From the NCBI RefSeq assembly GCF_006345805.1, contig NC_042998.1:205964001-206028000 (forward strand): 64,000 nucleotides of DNA, read 5' to 3'. Source of the DNA: Octopus sinensis. Taxonomy: Eukaryota. The notes under the pieces are model-generated. The model saw only the letters and a program-made list of their open reading frames with translations. It did no database searches and was not told the origin of the DNA. This document shows, piece after piece, positions 1 through 11,508 of the stretch (position 1 is the first letter of the stretch; the number at the start of each line of letters is the position of its first letter). Made by a program: the position numbers and the translations under genes.

Positions 1-1896
1 ATGACGGTTATTCGTCCTGCGTTCAACTTGTCTCTCCTCAGGCCAACACTTCCATATTTTGTCATTTGTCTCAACAGGACTTTGATTCGAGCTTGAATTA
101 GACAAAGAATGTAAAATATCTACGATATCACAGTATTCTGGAGCATTGTTGCTGCTGTTGGTTTTGTCAAAAAATTTATCAGTTTGGTTAGCACCTAGCG
201 ATTTATTAGTTATAGAGGCAGGGATATAGTTCTTGGTGGAAGATTCGTAGTTGTTGCCTAATAATTTGTTCATTGACTCCGGAGGCCAACAAGAAGTGTC
301 TTCATCAAGTTCCAAGTTCTCCCGCTTGCGTGGCTCGTATTTTTTACGTTTTGATCTACTTTCCAGCTTTAATCTGTAGTCCTGAACAATGTCTGTCGAT
401 AAAAGATTCTCTTTTTGATTGTCTTCAAGGCTGACATTTATAATATCTGGCAACCTACGCTTTTTTGTGACATTACAAGCACCAGTTGCTGCTATCAGGT
501 CTTTGGATCTGTGAGGAACACCAGACAAAGATAAAGAGTAGGAACTGGTGATCACCAAGTCACAAGGAGGTTCGTCGTTTTGATGGTTGGCTTTTTCAAC
601 AACAGAAGATCGGGGTCGTGCAAGAGCTGAGGGAGCAGAGACAGAAGGGGCAGAAAGATTGGGGGCAGAGACAGTGGGAGGGGCAGAAATAGTAGGAGTA
701 GTAACAATAAGAGCAGGAGGAGGAAGAGATGGTGGTGGCGGTGGTGGTGGTGGAGGTGGTGATGGAGAAGAGTCAGTGTCTCTGGACAAATCTATTACAT
801 CTTCAATTATATGATGATTACGTTTTGAAAATGAGGAATTCAATGCCATGATATGGTGTTTCTTGGGAAGATGACTAAGGGTAGACTGACTACTAGACGT
901 CACCTGAATATGGTTCTTTGGGTTAGAATTAGTAGTTAAAATATCAGAAATTACAGATTCTGAACTAGTTGTCTTTGAGCTCTTATTGAGTTTTGATTCA
1001 TTTTGATGCTTTTTCATGAGCCTTTTGAGAAAATATTCAGCAAAGTTATTTGAAGAATTTGAAGAAGTGACAGAATCTGGAAGACAGTTGGAAGATTTTG
1101 AAGAATTTGAAGTTGACAGTTTGGTACAATTAAAATCATTTGTAATAATCGCAGGATTTTCAAAGTTATTTGGTTTGTTTGGCACTGTACTTTCGACCCC
1201 ACCCAAGTTCCCCGTCTTTTCATTGTCCTTTGTGAGTTTCTCTTTCTTAGTCTGTGGGGGTGGGCTTTTCTCAGGCATTTTGTACCAAGACCTGCGTGTC
1301 ACGGAACCGCCACACACCGATGTCGTTGTTTCACATTTCTGTACAACAGTTTTCTCAATGAAATTAAGGTCTGCATGGATGTGATTGCCAACCGGATGCA
1401 GGCAGTCAATGTTTTCTAACTGAGTGGGTGGCATGACCACAGGCAGCTCTGGTAGTGGAATGTCATTTGGATAGCGTGTATACCAGCCCCGAAGGTTGGC
1501 AGGGGTAGTAGGGTGTACAGAACCGAGAATAGGGTCTACTAATGAGCTGTGGGGTTGTGTTACAGATGGTAAATTAAAGGAAGGTGGAGGGACACGGTTA
1601 GTGACTCTACAGGGATATGACTGTTGAGGTGAAAGAACATTACCATTTGTAACAGAATGGTTTAACCATCCACCAGGAGGAGGCCAACCAGTCCAAGGGG
1701 GCGCTCGTGGTGACCAATTGATGTTATTGTAACATGTACGATCTGGCACAAATGGTGGTGCCAGACCAGCATAGTAACCCATTGTTTGATGGTAATGAGA
1801 AATTTGAGTTGTGAACACATTTTCCTCTAACTGTAGCCGGCTGTTGCTGCGTCTTCGCTCTTTCTTAGAATGAGGTTCTTCATTTCTCGAAGACAT
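1..1896 (-). CDS. Large first coding exon (at least 632 aa, runs off the left edge) of an unidentified, low-complexity, probably nuclear protein
   Basis: Hand translation from ATG 1896 gives MSSRNEEPHSKKERRRSNSRLQLEENVF...WSPRAPPWTGWPPPGGW...DVIDLSRDTDSSPSPPPPPPPPPPSLPPP...KKRRLPDII...SRSKRKKYEPRKRE...KIWKCWPEERQVERRTNNRH with no stop in 632 codons, in AT-rich DNA. There is an in-frame TAA 30 nt upstream of the ATG and an acceptor 61 nt upstream. No TE domain recognised. Confidence 0.88.
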   Translation of the reverse strand, partial: MSSRNEEPHSKKERRRSNSRLQLEENVFTTQISHYHQTMGYYAGLAPPFVPDRTCYNNINWSPRAPPWTGWPPPGGWLNHSVTNGNVLSPQQSYPCRVTNRVPPPSFNLPSVTQPHSSLVDPILGSVHPTTPANLRGWYTRYPNDIPLPELPVVMPPTQLENIDCLHPVGNHIHADLNFIEKTVVQKCETTTSVCGGSVTRRSWYKMPEKSPPPQTKKEKLTKDNEKTGNLGGVESTVPNKPNNFENPAIITNDFNCTKLSTSNSSKSSNCLPDSVTSSNSSNNFAEYFLKRLMKKHQNESKLNKSSKTTSSESVISDILTTNSNPKNHIQVTSSSQSTLSHLPKKHHIMALNSSFSKRNHHIIEDVIDLSRDTDSSPSPPPPPPPPPPSLPPPALIVTTPTISAPPTVSAPNLSAPSVSAPSALARPRSSVVEKANHQNDEPPCDLVITSSYSLSLSGVPHRSKDLIAATGACNVTKKRRLPDIINVSLEDNQKENLLSTDIVQDYRLKLESRSKRKKYEPRKRENLELDEDTSCWPPESMNKLLGNNYESSTKNYIPASITNKSLGANQTDKFFDKTNSSNNAPEYCDIVDILHSLSNSSSNQSPVETNDKIWKCWPEERQVERRTNNRH

Positions 1897-1957
1897 TACA
1901 TAAAGTGGTTTCTTAGTAAACTGTTAGAAAATGTCTGTCTCTGGTATTCAATGTTAC

Positions 1958-1985
1958 CTGAAAGAGAAAAGAAACAAATGGTAAG
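1958..1985 (-). promoter_or_regulatory. 3' splice acceptor (polypyrimidine tract + CAG) opening the coding exon at 1957
   Basis: Minus strand reads catttgtttcttttctctttcag|GTAACATTG; composition switches to very AT-rich intron-like DNA beyond it. Confidence 0.75.
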
Positions 1986-3470
1986 AACAGCTAGTAAAAT
2001 ACAAAAACCAAGGAAATTGTGCAGCAGTAACAGTAGTAATAGTAGTAGTAGTAGGCAAGTAAGTAATAAAAGAGGAGAAAATAAACAAAATGAATATGGT
2101 TTTAATTTATAACTATTTTTAAAACGAATAAAGTATATTTTGAAAATTGAATCAAGACTTAAAATGATTGAAATTTGAAAATTAAATTTTTATTAAAATA
2201 AATGTAATTTAAAAGTCAATAAAAAAAATTAAAATCCAACAGCTAGTAAATAAATAAAAAATCACTCTAAAACATAGGTTGACTAAAATCAATGAGAAAA
2301 TTTAATAACAGTCAGAAAAACTTGAAAGGAAATTTTATATTAAAAAACAAAATTACACTGCTCATTAAAAAATGATTTCTATAAATTCTATTTTCACAAA
2401 TTCCATTTCCAAAACACAAATTTAGAAGCAAAATATTTCAGGTGTTCTTGTTTAACCTTGGATTAGGCCTAATCAAACAAACCCTGTTAGCAATGGCTTT
2501 CCATCTATCATCATCTTATATTTTGGTTAGTGTCTTTTAGGCTTATGAGAACAACAGTATACAAAATATTTCTCCCTTTCTAAGATGTGATATAAAAAAA
2601 CTTGATGTTGATGATGATGATAAGGAGGAGGAACCAGCAGCTGCTCTAAAATGGCACCAAGGTGTTACTTTCCTTGAAGCATAATGTCTTTAGAGAAGCA
2701 CTATACAATTTCAACAGGAGGCAGGACAGTTCTAGGATGAACATTAAACATATTACAACTGTTGTTGAGTACAAACCCTATCGATGTAATATAGCCATTA
2801 AAACCTTCATCAAATTCAAATGTAACAGATCTACCGTAGTTGCTGTCGATGGAAAACAAGGATGTCCAATTGCAGAGGTGAACAGTCTTGCAGTGGCTGT
2901 CAATATTTTATTCAAAATCACTGACAAAGAAAACCTACAACTATTTTTCATTCAGATAAAACTCCCACATCTGTATTAGTAAACATTGCTGCATGTGTTT
3001 ATGTTACTAAACAATTAAGCAACAATCTTGAAAATTTGAGGGTTTCGTCACAAAAAAAAAGCCATAAGCCAGCATACGTTCTGCTAATTCCTTTATAACC
3101 AATATTTCTAAGATTTTAAAAACTTGATAATAAAACAAATAAAAATAGACATTGCAGAATCATGGTAAACTGAGGTTGGATTCTCAAAGCAGCATCACAA
3201 TCAGCAGACTTCAAATAACCGTTTTAGCAGAATTAACAAAAATTTTGGCCAAAACATAAAATTTAAAAGACAAATAATCATAGAAATTTCACTGGAAGAA
3301 AAAGCTAATTGCCATTATCTCATTTAGTTTCTTTTTCTTCTAAAGTTCTCTTTGTTTTGTTCTTAACATTTTTCATCTTACTTTCTTCAAACCACAAAGA
3401 GAATCCCATCTGATCCACTAGAAATAACAGTTAAATATTAGATAATACAATCTTAGGCACCCTTGTTGTT

Positions 3471-3512
<42 letters not shown>

Positions 3513-3920
3513 CATACATGCAGGCAGGTAGGTATATGTATGTATGGCATCTTTGTGTCTGTCTACCTCCAACCACTGCTTGATAACTAGTGTTGGTTTG
3601 TTTACCTCCACTAAATGGACCCAATAAATTGTTAATTATTAGTTTTGATAGGAACCATTTTCAAGAGTGGTGTGTTTGTAGAAAAGACTAAATGCCTTAC
3701 ATTAATCAATTATAACTGAATATGTACCAGTCATTTATTGGGGTTCATTCATTCAATTATGATTTTAATAAATTTGAAAGGTTTTCTGTGTAAATTCTTC
3801 AGATATTCAATCAGGGTGTGGGTGGGTGTGCGTTATTTTTTAACTTGTTACAGTCAGTGGACTGTTACCATGCTACAGCATCACTCTGAACAATTTTGCC
3901 AAACTCATCAACCTCAGGAA

Positions 3921-4140
3921 GGCAGCAGGCTGGCAGAAACATTAGCACATGGGCAAAATGCTTAGCAGTATTTCAATCTGTTTTCATGTTCTGAGTTCAA
4001 ATTCTGCCGAGGCTGACTTTGCCTTTCATCCTTTTGGGGTCAATAAATCAAGTACCAGCTGCGTACTGGTCGATCTAATCAACTCTCCATCACCACCACC
4101 ACTTCCCCAAAATTTCGGGCCTTGTGCCTTGAGTAGAAAA
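3921..4140 (+). mobile_element. tRNA-derived SINE, family 1
   Basis: A-box-like ggctggcagaa, B-box-like gagttcaaattc and a central gactttgcctttcatccttttggggtcaataaa..aagtaccag. Related copies at about 6591-6800(+), 10675-10885(-), 27840-27935(-), 41955-42140(-), 59479-59675(+). Confidence 0.75.
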
Positions 4141-4356
4141 GAAACTCATCAACCTCAATAATTTATTTGTAAGTCAGGGACTTATTCTATTAGTTACTTT
4201 TTGATGAACTGCTATGTTATGGGGGTGTAACCCCATTACTTCATCAGGCAGGAATGAGGGATGTCAAGTGTTCCTTGTAAGGAACAACAAATTTAGATAA
4301 CTGGTTTACGTAAAATATTAATATCAATAAAAGACATTTTAGATGCAACTAAAGAA

Positions 4357-4390
<34 letters not shown>

Positions 4391-4841
4391 GCAAACATAT
4401 CTACATATATATATATATATATACATACACATGTCTCTATACATGTCCACAGCTAAACCCTGAAGAGACATTTTCCCAAAATAAGTAATAGGCTTAACCT
4501 TTCTCAAGTTTCCCTAATCCACACACACAGAGAAAACTTCACTAAAAGGCTATTTATGGAGGTATCAATTTACACATAGGCAATGCAATGCATGTTCACA
4601 TGCGTGTGCATGCACACACATACACGCTCTACAAACATACAGTTTAGTCTACAGGAAAAAGGCCAGGCAAAGTTTTGGCAACTTTGGAAATGGACACAAT
4701 TTTTGCAGTGAATGAAATTTGCTTTTTCAAGACCCAAACCACAGAGTTAATTTCTTCCTCCATCAAAATTACAAAGACTCAATTCTAATGAAATGTTGAC
4801 AATTTCTTCCTTATTCTTAATATTCTCTTTTACTCTCCACC

Positions 4842-4872
<31 letters not shown>

Positions 4873-4914
4873 CATACGTGTGCACGCACATATGTGCATG
4901 TATATACACACATA

Positions 4915-5075
4915 TGACAGACTTCTGTTTTACATCTACCAAATCCACTCACAAGACTTTGGAAGACCTAGGGTTATAGTAGAAGAGCTTTACTCAAGGT
5001 GCCATGCAAAAGTACTGAAACAGAAACCATATGGATGGGAAGCAAACTCCCTAAGCACACACTCATGCCTCATCT
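4915..5075 (-). mobile_element. tRNA-derived SINE, family 2 (partial)
   Basis: Reverse complement of the 53512-53900 family: tctaccaaatccactcacaag...ctcaaggtgccatgca. Confidence 0.65.
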
Positions 5076-5269
5076 TGAACGAAATGGTAATGAGAAGCAG
5101 GCCAGCCTAACAATGTGTCATAGCAAAGAAAAACAGAAAAAAGAACCCAAACAATTTCACAGACGATGATGATGATGATGATAAGATATACCCTATTTAC
5201 TTCTCTAGTTGAGGTCAATAACCTATAGAAGACTGTAGCAGAAGGAATAGCAAAAAAGCTTGGCTGCAA

Positions 5270-5555
5270 AACAGGTAAACTGAGAATGGACAGCTAGAAA
5301 ATGGCCCGAAAAGGTTGCGATGGGAGGTGAGTCAAGTTTAGTTCCTTAAAGAAAGGGATTCTAAGGAAAGAACAAAACAGTAGAAAGATAATATAATGTG
5401 AAGAAGGAAAAAATGATTAAATGTTGTTAATGAAGACATGAAGCAAAGAATGACAGCAAATGGAGCCAAAACAAAACAATATAAGTACAGAATAGACCAG
5501 TTTCAGCAAGATTATTTGAAAAATTGGAGGAAGAAGATGCCAAAAAAAGGTAGCA
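5270..5555 (+). mobile_element. R4/Dong-clade LINE fragment (pre-RT region)
   Basis: MKQRMTANGAKTKQYKYRIDQFQQ resembles the conserved KQRxxAxAxKxxRY..RxxQFxQN segment of R4/Dong ORFs. Confidence 0.55.
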
Positions 5556-6075
5556 AGTTTCTGTGGAAGTTTTCTGTTGATGTCAGTATCTTGTGGGTTT
5601 TAATGTCTATGGAGTGCAATTCCTCTACAGACCAGTCAAATATTCCAAATGTTGATAACAGCATAGGTGCTGCAAATGTATTGTGGGATATTGTCTAGTT
5701 GAAAGGGATGGGTGTCAACTACGACAATTTTCTAAGTTTGATGTTATATTCTTGGGTCCTTTTTCTTGATTCATAGCATCTTCGTATGTTGTTTTCACGA
5801 ATGCCTAAGTATTTGTAGCATTCTTTGTGTGGAACAAGAGAGAGAGAGAGAGATACTAACAGTGCACAGGTTTGGGGTTTAGGTGACTGATTTGCAACAT
5901 TCAAAAAATATGAATATTTGCCTTGATCAAATTCTAGTCTTATGTCAACTGAAAATGTTGTAATTAACTCCAGCTGTTTTTTGGCATCATTAACAGTTTT
6001 AGCATAAATCTTCAGGTCATCCACAAAGAAATTATGAATTACATTGGTATCCCTAATAGTGGTAGACCCCAGCAT
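5556..6075 (-). mobile_element. R4/Dong-clade LINE RT fragment
   Basis: HNFFVDDLKIYAK...FSVDIRLEF...YKYLGI...SHNTFAAPML..TFGIFDWSVEELHSIDIKTHKIL; degraded. Confidence 0.75.
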
Positions 6076-6088
6076 GAATGTATGCTTG

Positions 6089-6140
<52 letters not shown>

Positions 6141-6231
6141 AATATATCTCTATATATATTTGTGAGAATGTGCGTAATGGTGTATATATTAACAACTATA
6201 TTATGCGTGTGTATGCTTACATGTAAAGATA

Positions 6232-6278
<47 letters not shown>

Positions 6279-6590
6279 GAAATAGAAAGAAGGTTGTATG
6301 CAAATCAGAAAAATCAAGCAGATTTCACAAGAAAAAAGTCCACATCATAGAAAGGTCAGCAGAGAATAATAATTCATAAGAATCCAATTATTTTCCAGGG
6401 TCATTGTTGATATAGAACCAACAAAATCAGATAATGCTAAAATCTTCACAAAATTCTGTCAAAATATTGAGAATATTCAAGGAGGAAATATCTTCTGCAA
6501 TGTTCTCAACTTGGTACATATTCTTCAAGATTCAATAAAATATATCCAACTGTATGAGAAAACCAGTTTAACAATCAATATTTTGGGAAA

Positions 6591-6800
6591 GGTGGCAAGC
6601 TAGCAGAATTTGTGTGCTGGGCAGAATGCTTTCCATCCAACTTTACATTCTGAGTTCAAATTCTGCCACGGTCAATTTTGCCTTTCATCCTTTTGGAGGT
6701 CGTTAAAATAAGTACCAGTTGAACACTGGGTTTGATCTAATTGATTTACACTCCCTCCCCCAAAATTGCTGGCTCTGTGCCAAAATTTGAAATCAATATT
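6591..6800 (+). mobile_element. tRNA-derived SINE, family 1
   Basis: gagttcaaattctgcc...tttgcctttcatccttttgg...aagtaccagttgaacactggg. Confidence 0.7.
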
Positions 6801-7609
6801 TCTGGATAGTGTCAAACCACAGAGAAACAGCAGGTAATGCAACAAGATGTTCAGTCTTTGTATAAGCCATTTCTGTTTACTAATGCTGTTGCAGACAATC
6901 CTGGAGATGGCACGAATACCACAACTGCAGCCATCTGATAAGGAGGGGGGGGGGGCTTTCTGTGGTTGATTAATCTGCTAGAAATAGCAACAAAATCTCA
7001 GATCACACCATCTTATAAAAAAAAAAAAAAGGAAGGACACATGGGGCAATGCAACACCTGATTTATAAATAGATGAAATGATCACGATTGGAATGTCTTT
7101 GACCATAGGTCTTCCTGATCAGGACTGAACTAAAGTTGAACAATTGACCATTCATATCTAAAATTCAAACCAATGTTTAGAGATTTTCAGCCAAAACTTA
7201 TTTTTCTTTGATATTGACTTCATTTTTTTTAATCAGTGCTCGGCCAATTTTTATAGGGAACAGTTACTTATTTTAGTGACCCCTTCTGAGGAATTATATA
7301 TATATAAAAAATATCTAATTGCACAATTAGATGGTAAAAAAAAAATATTGTAATAAATGTTTCACTTTCATGGCCGTTTGGTCTTGCTAGTTTGAAAAAT
7401 TAAAAAATTTCCACAATTTAAATCTTTCAACCATCTTTGGAACCATTATGTCAGAACATTAAACTAGCTCCAAGCCAAACCACTCTGTTAACACAGAAGT
7501 TTCTCCATGTCTAATAACCATGTCCATCTAATTAGCAAACTTCCTTTTCATCTTCCTTGGGATTAAAGCTTTTCTTTCTCAACTAGATTAGCCACAACTC
7601 ATCCTAAAT

Positions 7610-7945
7610 GTTTTCTCTTTGCCTTAGAAAGGAATGGAGAGAATGTTTAGTTTGAGTCATGGAAAAAACTGGCATTCTGTCAGTTACAATGATGAGTGTT
7701 TCAGTTGATCCGATCAACGAAACTCAACAAATGGCTGAGCACTTCACACACATGCGTAACCCTTAACATAGTTTACAGGGAGATTCAATGTGACAAGGCT
7801 GGCCCTATTCATTTTTGCTTAAGTTGAATGAAGCAATGTGAAATAAAGTGTCTTGCTCAAAGACATAATGCACCACCAGGTACTGAACCCACAACCTTAT
7901 TTTCATCAGTTGAATACCCTAACCATTGAGTCATGTGCCTTCTCA
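7610..7945 (-). mobile_element. tRNA-derived SINE, family 3
   Basis: Minus strand begins ggcacatgactcaatggttagggt...gggttcagtacc (A/B box-like), then gtctttgagcaagacactttatttcacattgc. A similar tRNA-like head is at about 28505-28590(+). Confidence 0.6.
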
Positions 7946-9104
7946 TGTGCTAATTCTACTACAGTCCTCATCCAAACCTTATTTCCCCTCCAATTATGAA
8001 TCTATAGCTTGAAACAAGTGCACTAGCACACTTAGTTACCCAAATTCACAATCTCTAGTCTAGAAGAGCCAAAAAGTCGAGTCTGAACCATGTCCCATTG
8101 TCTCGGAGGTTAACACAAACATTTCTTTGAGACATAAACCAGTTTAAACTATCTGGATTACCTCCCTTTAAACTACTGGGGGAAGTTCTACTTCTCCTAA
8201 TATTTGAATTTCAATACACTTGTTCCAACTGTACTAGAAGGAAGAAGAAAGATGTCATTTAAAGAGTTATATTTTGAAATGACCTACTTTCAAACAAAGC
8301 CCCTACCCTATAGAATGGCCTCTATATTTATTTAATAGTTTCAAGCAATAATTACTAAACCAGCCCCACCCCTTTTATCCATAAATTCTTTTTCATTTCT
8401 CACACCCTTCCCCATTAAAAAAATCATCGTCATCAACAATGACAAGTTCTACTGCAACCAACAAAAACAAAACAATTATGCAATCACAACTCAACATGCA
8501 AGAAACAGCAGCTAAATGTTCTTTGTATTATTCACTGCTATTTTTAAAACGGGAAGAACTCACCAGGTAAATATAGCCCTAAATACACTGGGTGGCTCAT
8601 ATTTGGACTACCTTCAATTATAGTCGATTGAAGGTATACTCGGTCAAATCTGAGGCTAAATGACAAATCATTTGCACAATAAAGAGGAGACACATTCCCA
8701 GCTGTAAGTAACATGAACACCAAGAGGATTTGGTACTGTATCCATAGTTACAAACACTAAGTTTGTATCAAACAATTACACTGATTCCACAGACACAACA
8801 AACTCTACTGGATCAGTCCAAGCTGTGTAGTGAAGGTCATGGACTGAGTTCAAGAGACCACTACTAACAGAAGGCTCTCCTCTCAGCAACTTTAACAATA
8901 TAAAAACCACCATCAAGTCTTCCAAGCATAAAATATGTAGGACTAACATTAGTCACTGTGTCCTTCCCTTTCTTATGATTGAGACAGGAAGGAGATTTGA
9001 CTAGAAAACAGCTAGATTGCATATTTCATGGAACTGACTCATGGATATTAACTGGTACTGAGGGGAAGGGCCAGGTGAAGCTGCAACAATTACAGACTAT
9101 AGTA

Positions 9105-9373
9105 AAAACCCATGTTTCCAGAGGTGAATTATTCAAACCCAAAAGAATCCCTCTCAACACATGGCTATGATGCTCCCCCACTACTTCTGCTCATGATCAG
9201 AGATGCACATATCATCTATGATCAGGGACATGCTCAACTGGTTAAGTTCAAACAGCTGACAAGCAAATCTGTAGTACTGAGCAGAATATTTGCTGTAGCC
9301 CATCTTTTATACCAAGACAAAACAATGTACATGATAACACTTCGAATCAGTTAAGCTCAAAAGCCATGAGAGC
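9105..9373 (+). mobile_element. Unclassified ~550-bp (ATT)n-associated element, truncated copy
   Basis: Highly similar to 61480-61747; ends in (ATT)n. Confidence 0.8.
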
Positions 9374-9389
9374 ATTATTATTATTGTCA

Positions 9390-9742
9390 TTGCCTTTGCA
9401 CAGCTTCTAACACTGGAGATGTACTACAGTGTCAGCTGTTCACTACCAGTGAACTAAGGTAACACCTCTTATTTTTCGAGTACCTTCCAGAGTATTCGAG
9501 CAGTTCCAAGTAGTGCTGTTTTCTGCAAGTGCTCCACCCTTATTGCAGCCCTTATTTGATTTTTGCTCACTGTTCCCAGGGCTCTGACAATTATTGGTAC
9601 TACTGCTACCTTTTCATTGACTTCAACTGCTTAACTTCCCAAGCTAACCTGTCATATCTCTCGACTTTTCATTCTTCCTTATCGCTTACCTTGTTGTTAG
9701 CTGGGCATGCTATATCTATGATCCAGCATAGTTTGTTTAGTT
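9390..9742 (-). mobile_element. R4/Dong-clade LINE 3' end (REL endonuclease + 3'UTR)
   Basis: CWIIDIACPANNKV..KVERYDRLAWEV...EHLQKTALLGTARILWKVLEK*; sense strand ends in (TAA)n; same subfamily as 33405-34810. Confidence 0.8.
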
Positions 9743-9750
9743 TGTTTTTT

Positions 9751-9821
<71 letters not shown>

Positions 9822-9871
9822 TATTCATACATTCACAACAGACTCTAGTTGGAAAATAAAAATTCCTAACA

Positions 9872-10590
9872 TCTGACTACAACAAGGAACCTTAGATGCC
9901 AAGGACCCTCCTATGTATCATAGCTGTCCCTAATAACACTCTTTTCTGGGGCTGTACTAAACTGGGTTTTATGCCTATTTCCTCTGTCCATCTGTTCAAA
10001 TCTTTAGGGATAGTTCCCAATGCCCCTATAACTACTGGGATACATTTTACCTGCACTTTCCATAGTCTCTGTAATTCAAAAGCTAGGTCCTGGTATTATT
10101 TCTTTTCTATACCTCTCATATTGATTTTTTTTCATCATTTGGGACTGTAAAGTCAATTATCAGGCACTTTCTATTCTCTTTATCTACAACTACTAGATCA
10201 GGCCTTCTAGCTTCTATTACTTTGTCAATGTGAATGTTAAAGTCTCACAATGTCTTATACTTATTACTTTCTAGTACTTTACTAGGTTCATGTTCATACC
10301 ATTTATCAGTTAGTCAAATCCTAGCTTTCTATATAACTCCCACTGGATTACTCTCCCTAGGTTGTCATGTCTTTTCTTGTACTCTTTCTATGTCAGCATG
10401 CTACATTCACTTACTATATAAGTAACACATTCCTCTTTTGATTTGCATAACCTACATTGGGAATCTACTTGGTTTTTGTCTATCTTGGCTTTTATCCAAT
10501 TAGTCCTTAATGCTTGATCTTGTGCTGTTACTAACAAACTTTCTATCTCCCTTCTCAGCCTTCCTTTCTGCAACCATAACCATGTCTCAC
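9872..10590 (-). mobile_element. R4/Dong-clade LINE 3' fragment (CCHC knuckle + REL)
   Basis: ESLLVTAQDQALRTNWIKAKIDK..CRLCKSKEECVTYIVSEC...RRPDLVVVDK..VIGALGTIPK. Confidence 0.8.
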
Positions 10591-10674
10591 TACTACTATC
10601 TGCTCAAACTACTGAGCAAAACACTGAGCATAGAGTTACACTTGAATGAAAGGATGCCATAAGAACAACAATAA

Positions 10675-10885
10675 GGGTCTCAAATTTTGGTAGAGGACCT
10701 ACAGTTTTTGAGAGGAGGGTAAAGTTGATTACATCGATCCCCGTACTTCACTGGCACTTATTTTATTGATCCCAAAAGGATAAAAAGTAAAGTCGACCTC
10801 AGCAGAATTTGAACTCAAAACATAAAGAGGGAGCAAATGCTACTAAACATTTCTTCTGGTAATGATTCTGCCAGCTCTCCATCTT
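10675..10885 (-). mobile_element. tRNA-derived SINE, family 1
   Basis: aaagtcgacctcagcagaatttgaactc...ttctgccagctc is the reverse complement of the family-1 head. Confidence 0.7.
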
Positions 10886-10935
10886 AATAATAATAATATA
10901 ATAATAATAATAATAATAATAGTAACAATAATAAA

Positions 10936-11480
10936 ATGCCCTGATGCAGTGACAGACAGTGGTTCATGGCTTCTGATTGGAAGTGTTATCCTGTACATTG
11001 TTTTGTCTTGGTATAAAAGATGGGCTACAGCAAATATTCTGCTCAATACCACAGATTTGCTTGTCAGTTGTTTGACCATAACCAGTTGAACATATCCCTT
11101 AGTGGCTGATGATATGTGCATCTCTGATCACGAGCAGAAGTGGTGGGGGAGCATCATAGCCGTGTGTTGAAAGGAATTCTTAGAGGTTTGGATAATTCAC
11201 CTAAGGAAACATGGGTTGTTCGTTCAACATCCTTAAACAATCCTTATTCAGGGACCTTTTGAGCAGGATGGGCTACTCGACCAGAAGAAAATTCTAACTG
11301 GGCCCCACCTGCAAGGTCATGCGTTGTTTATCTTAATATGAGATCACCATGTCGCGCACATAGGGTTGTGATGCATGCGCCTAGTGCACCCTTATCAGAC
11401 GAGTAGTCATGATGGGTATACTGGGCTTTGTATATTTTACCCCAGTGTCAATTTGATGGCATGCACTGCTCTCTCGCACA
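10936..11480 (-). mobile_element. Unclassified ~550-bp element, full-length copy between (AAT)n tracts
   Basis: Reverse complement of 61215-61772 over its whole length. Confidence 0.85.
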
Positions 11481-11508
11481 ATAATAATAATAATAGTAAT
11501 AATAATAA

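Noticed and set aside
587-1384. Plus-strand ORFs 587-814 and 1016-1384
   Set aside because: Antisense shadows of the long minus-strand coding exon.
2662-2979. 105-aa ORF in complex-looking sequence
   Set aside because: No recognisable domain or splice context in the frames I read; possibly an old TE relic.
5270-6075. Twin-priming inversion of one Dong element
   Set aside because: The two pieces converge tail-to-tail, the wrong geometry for twin priming; more likely separate fragments.
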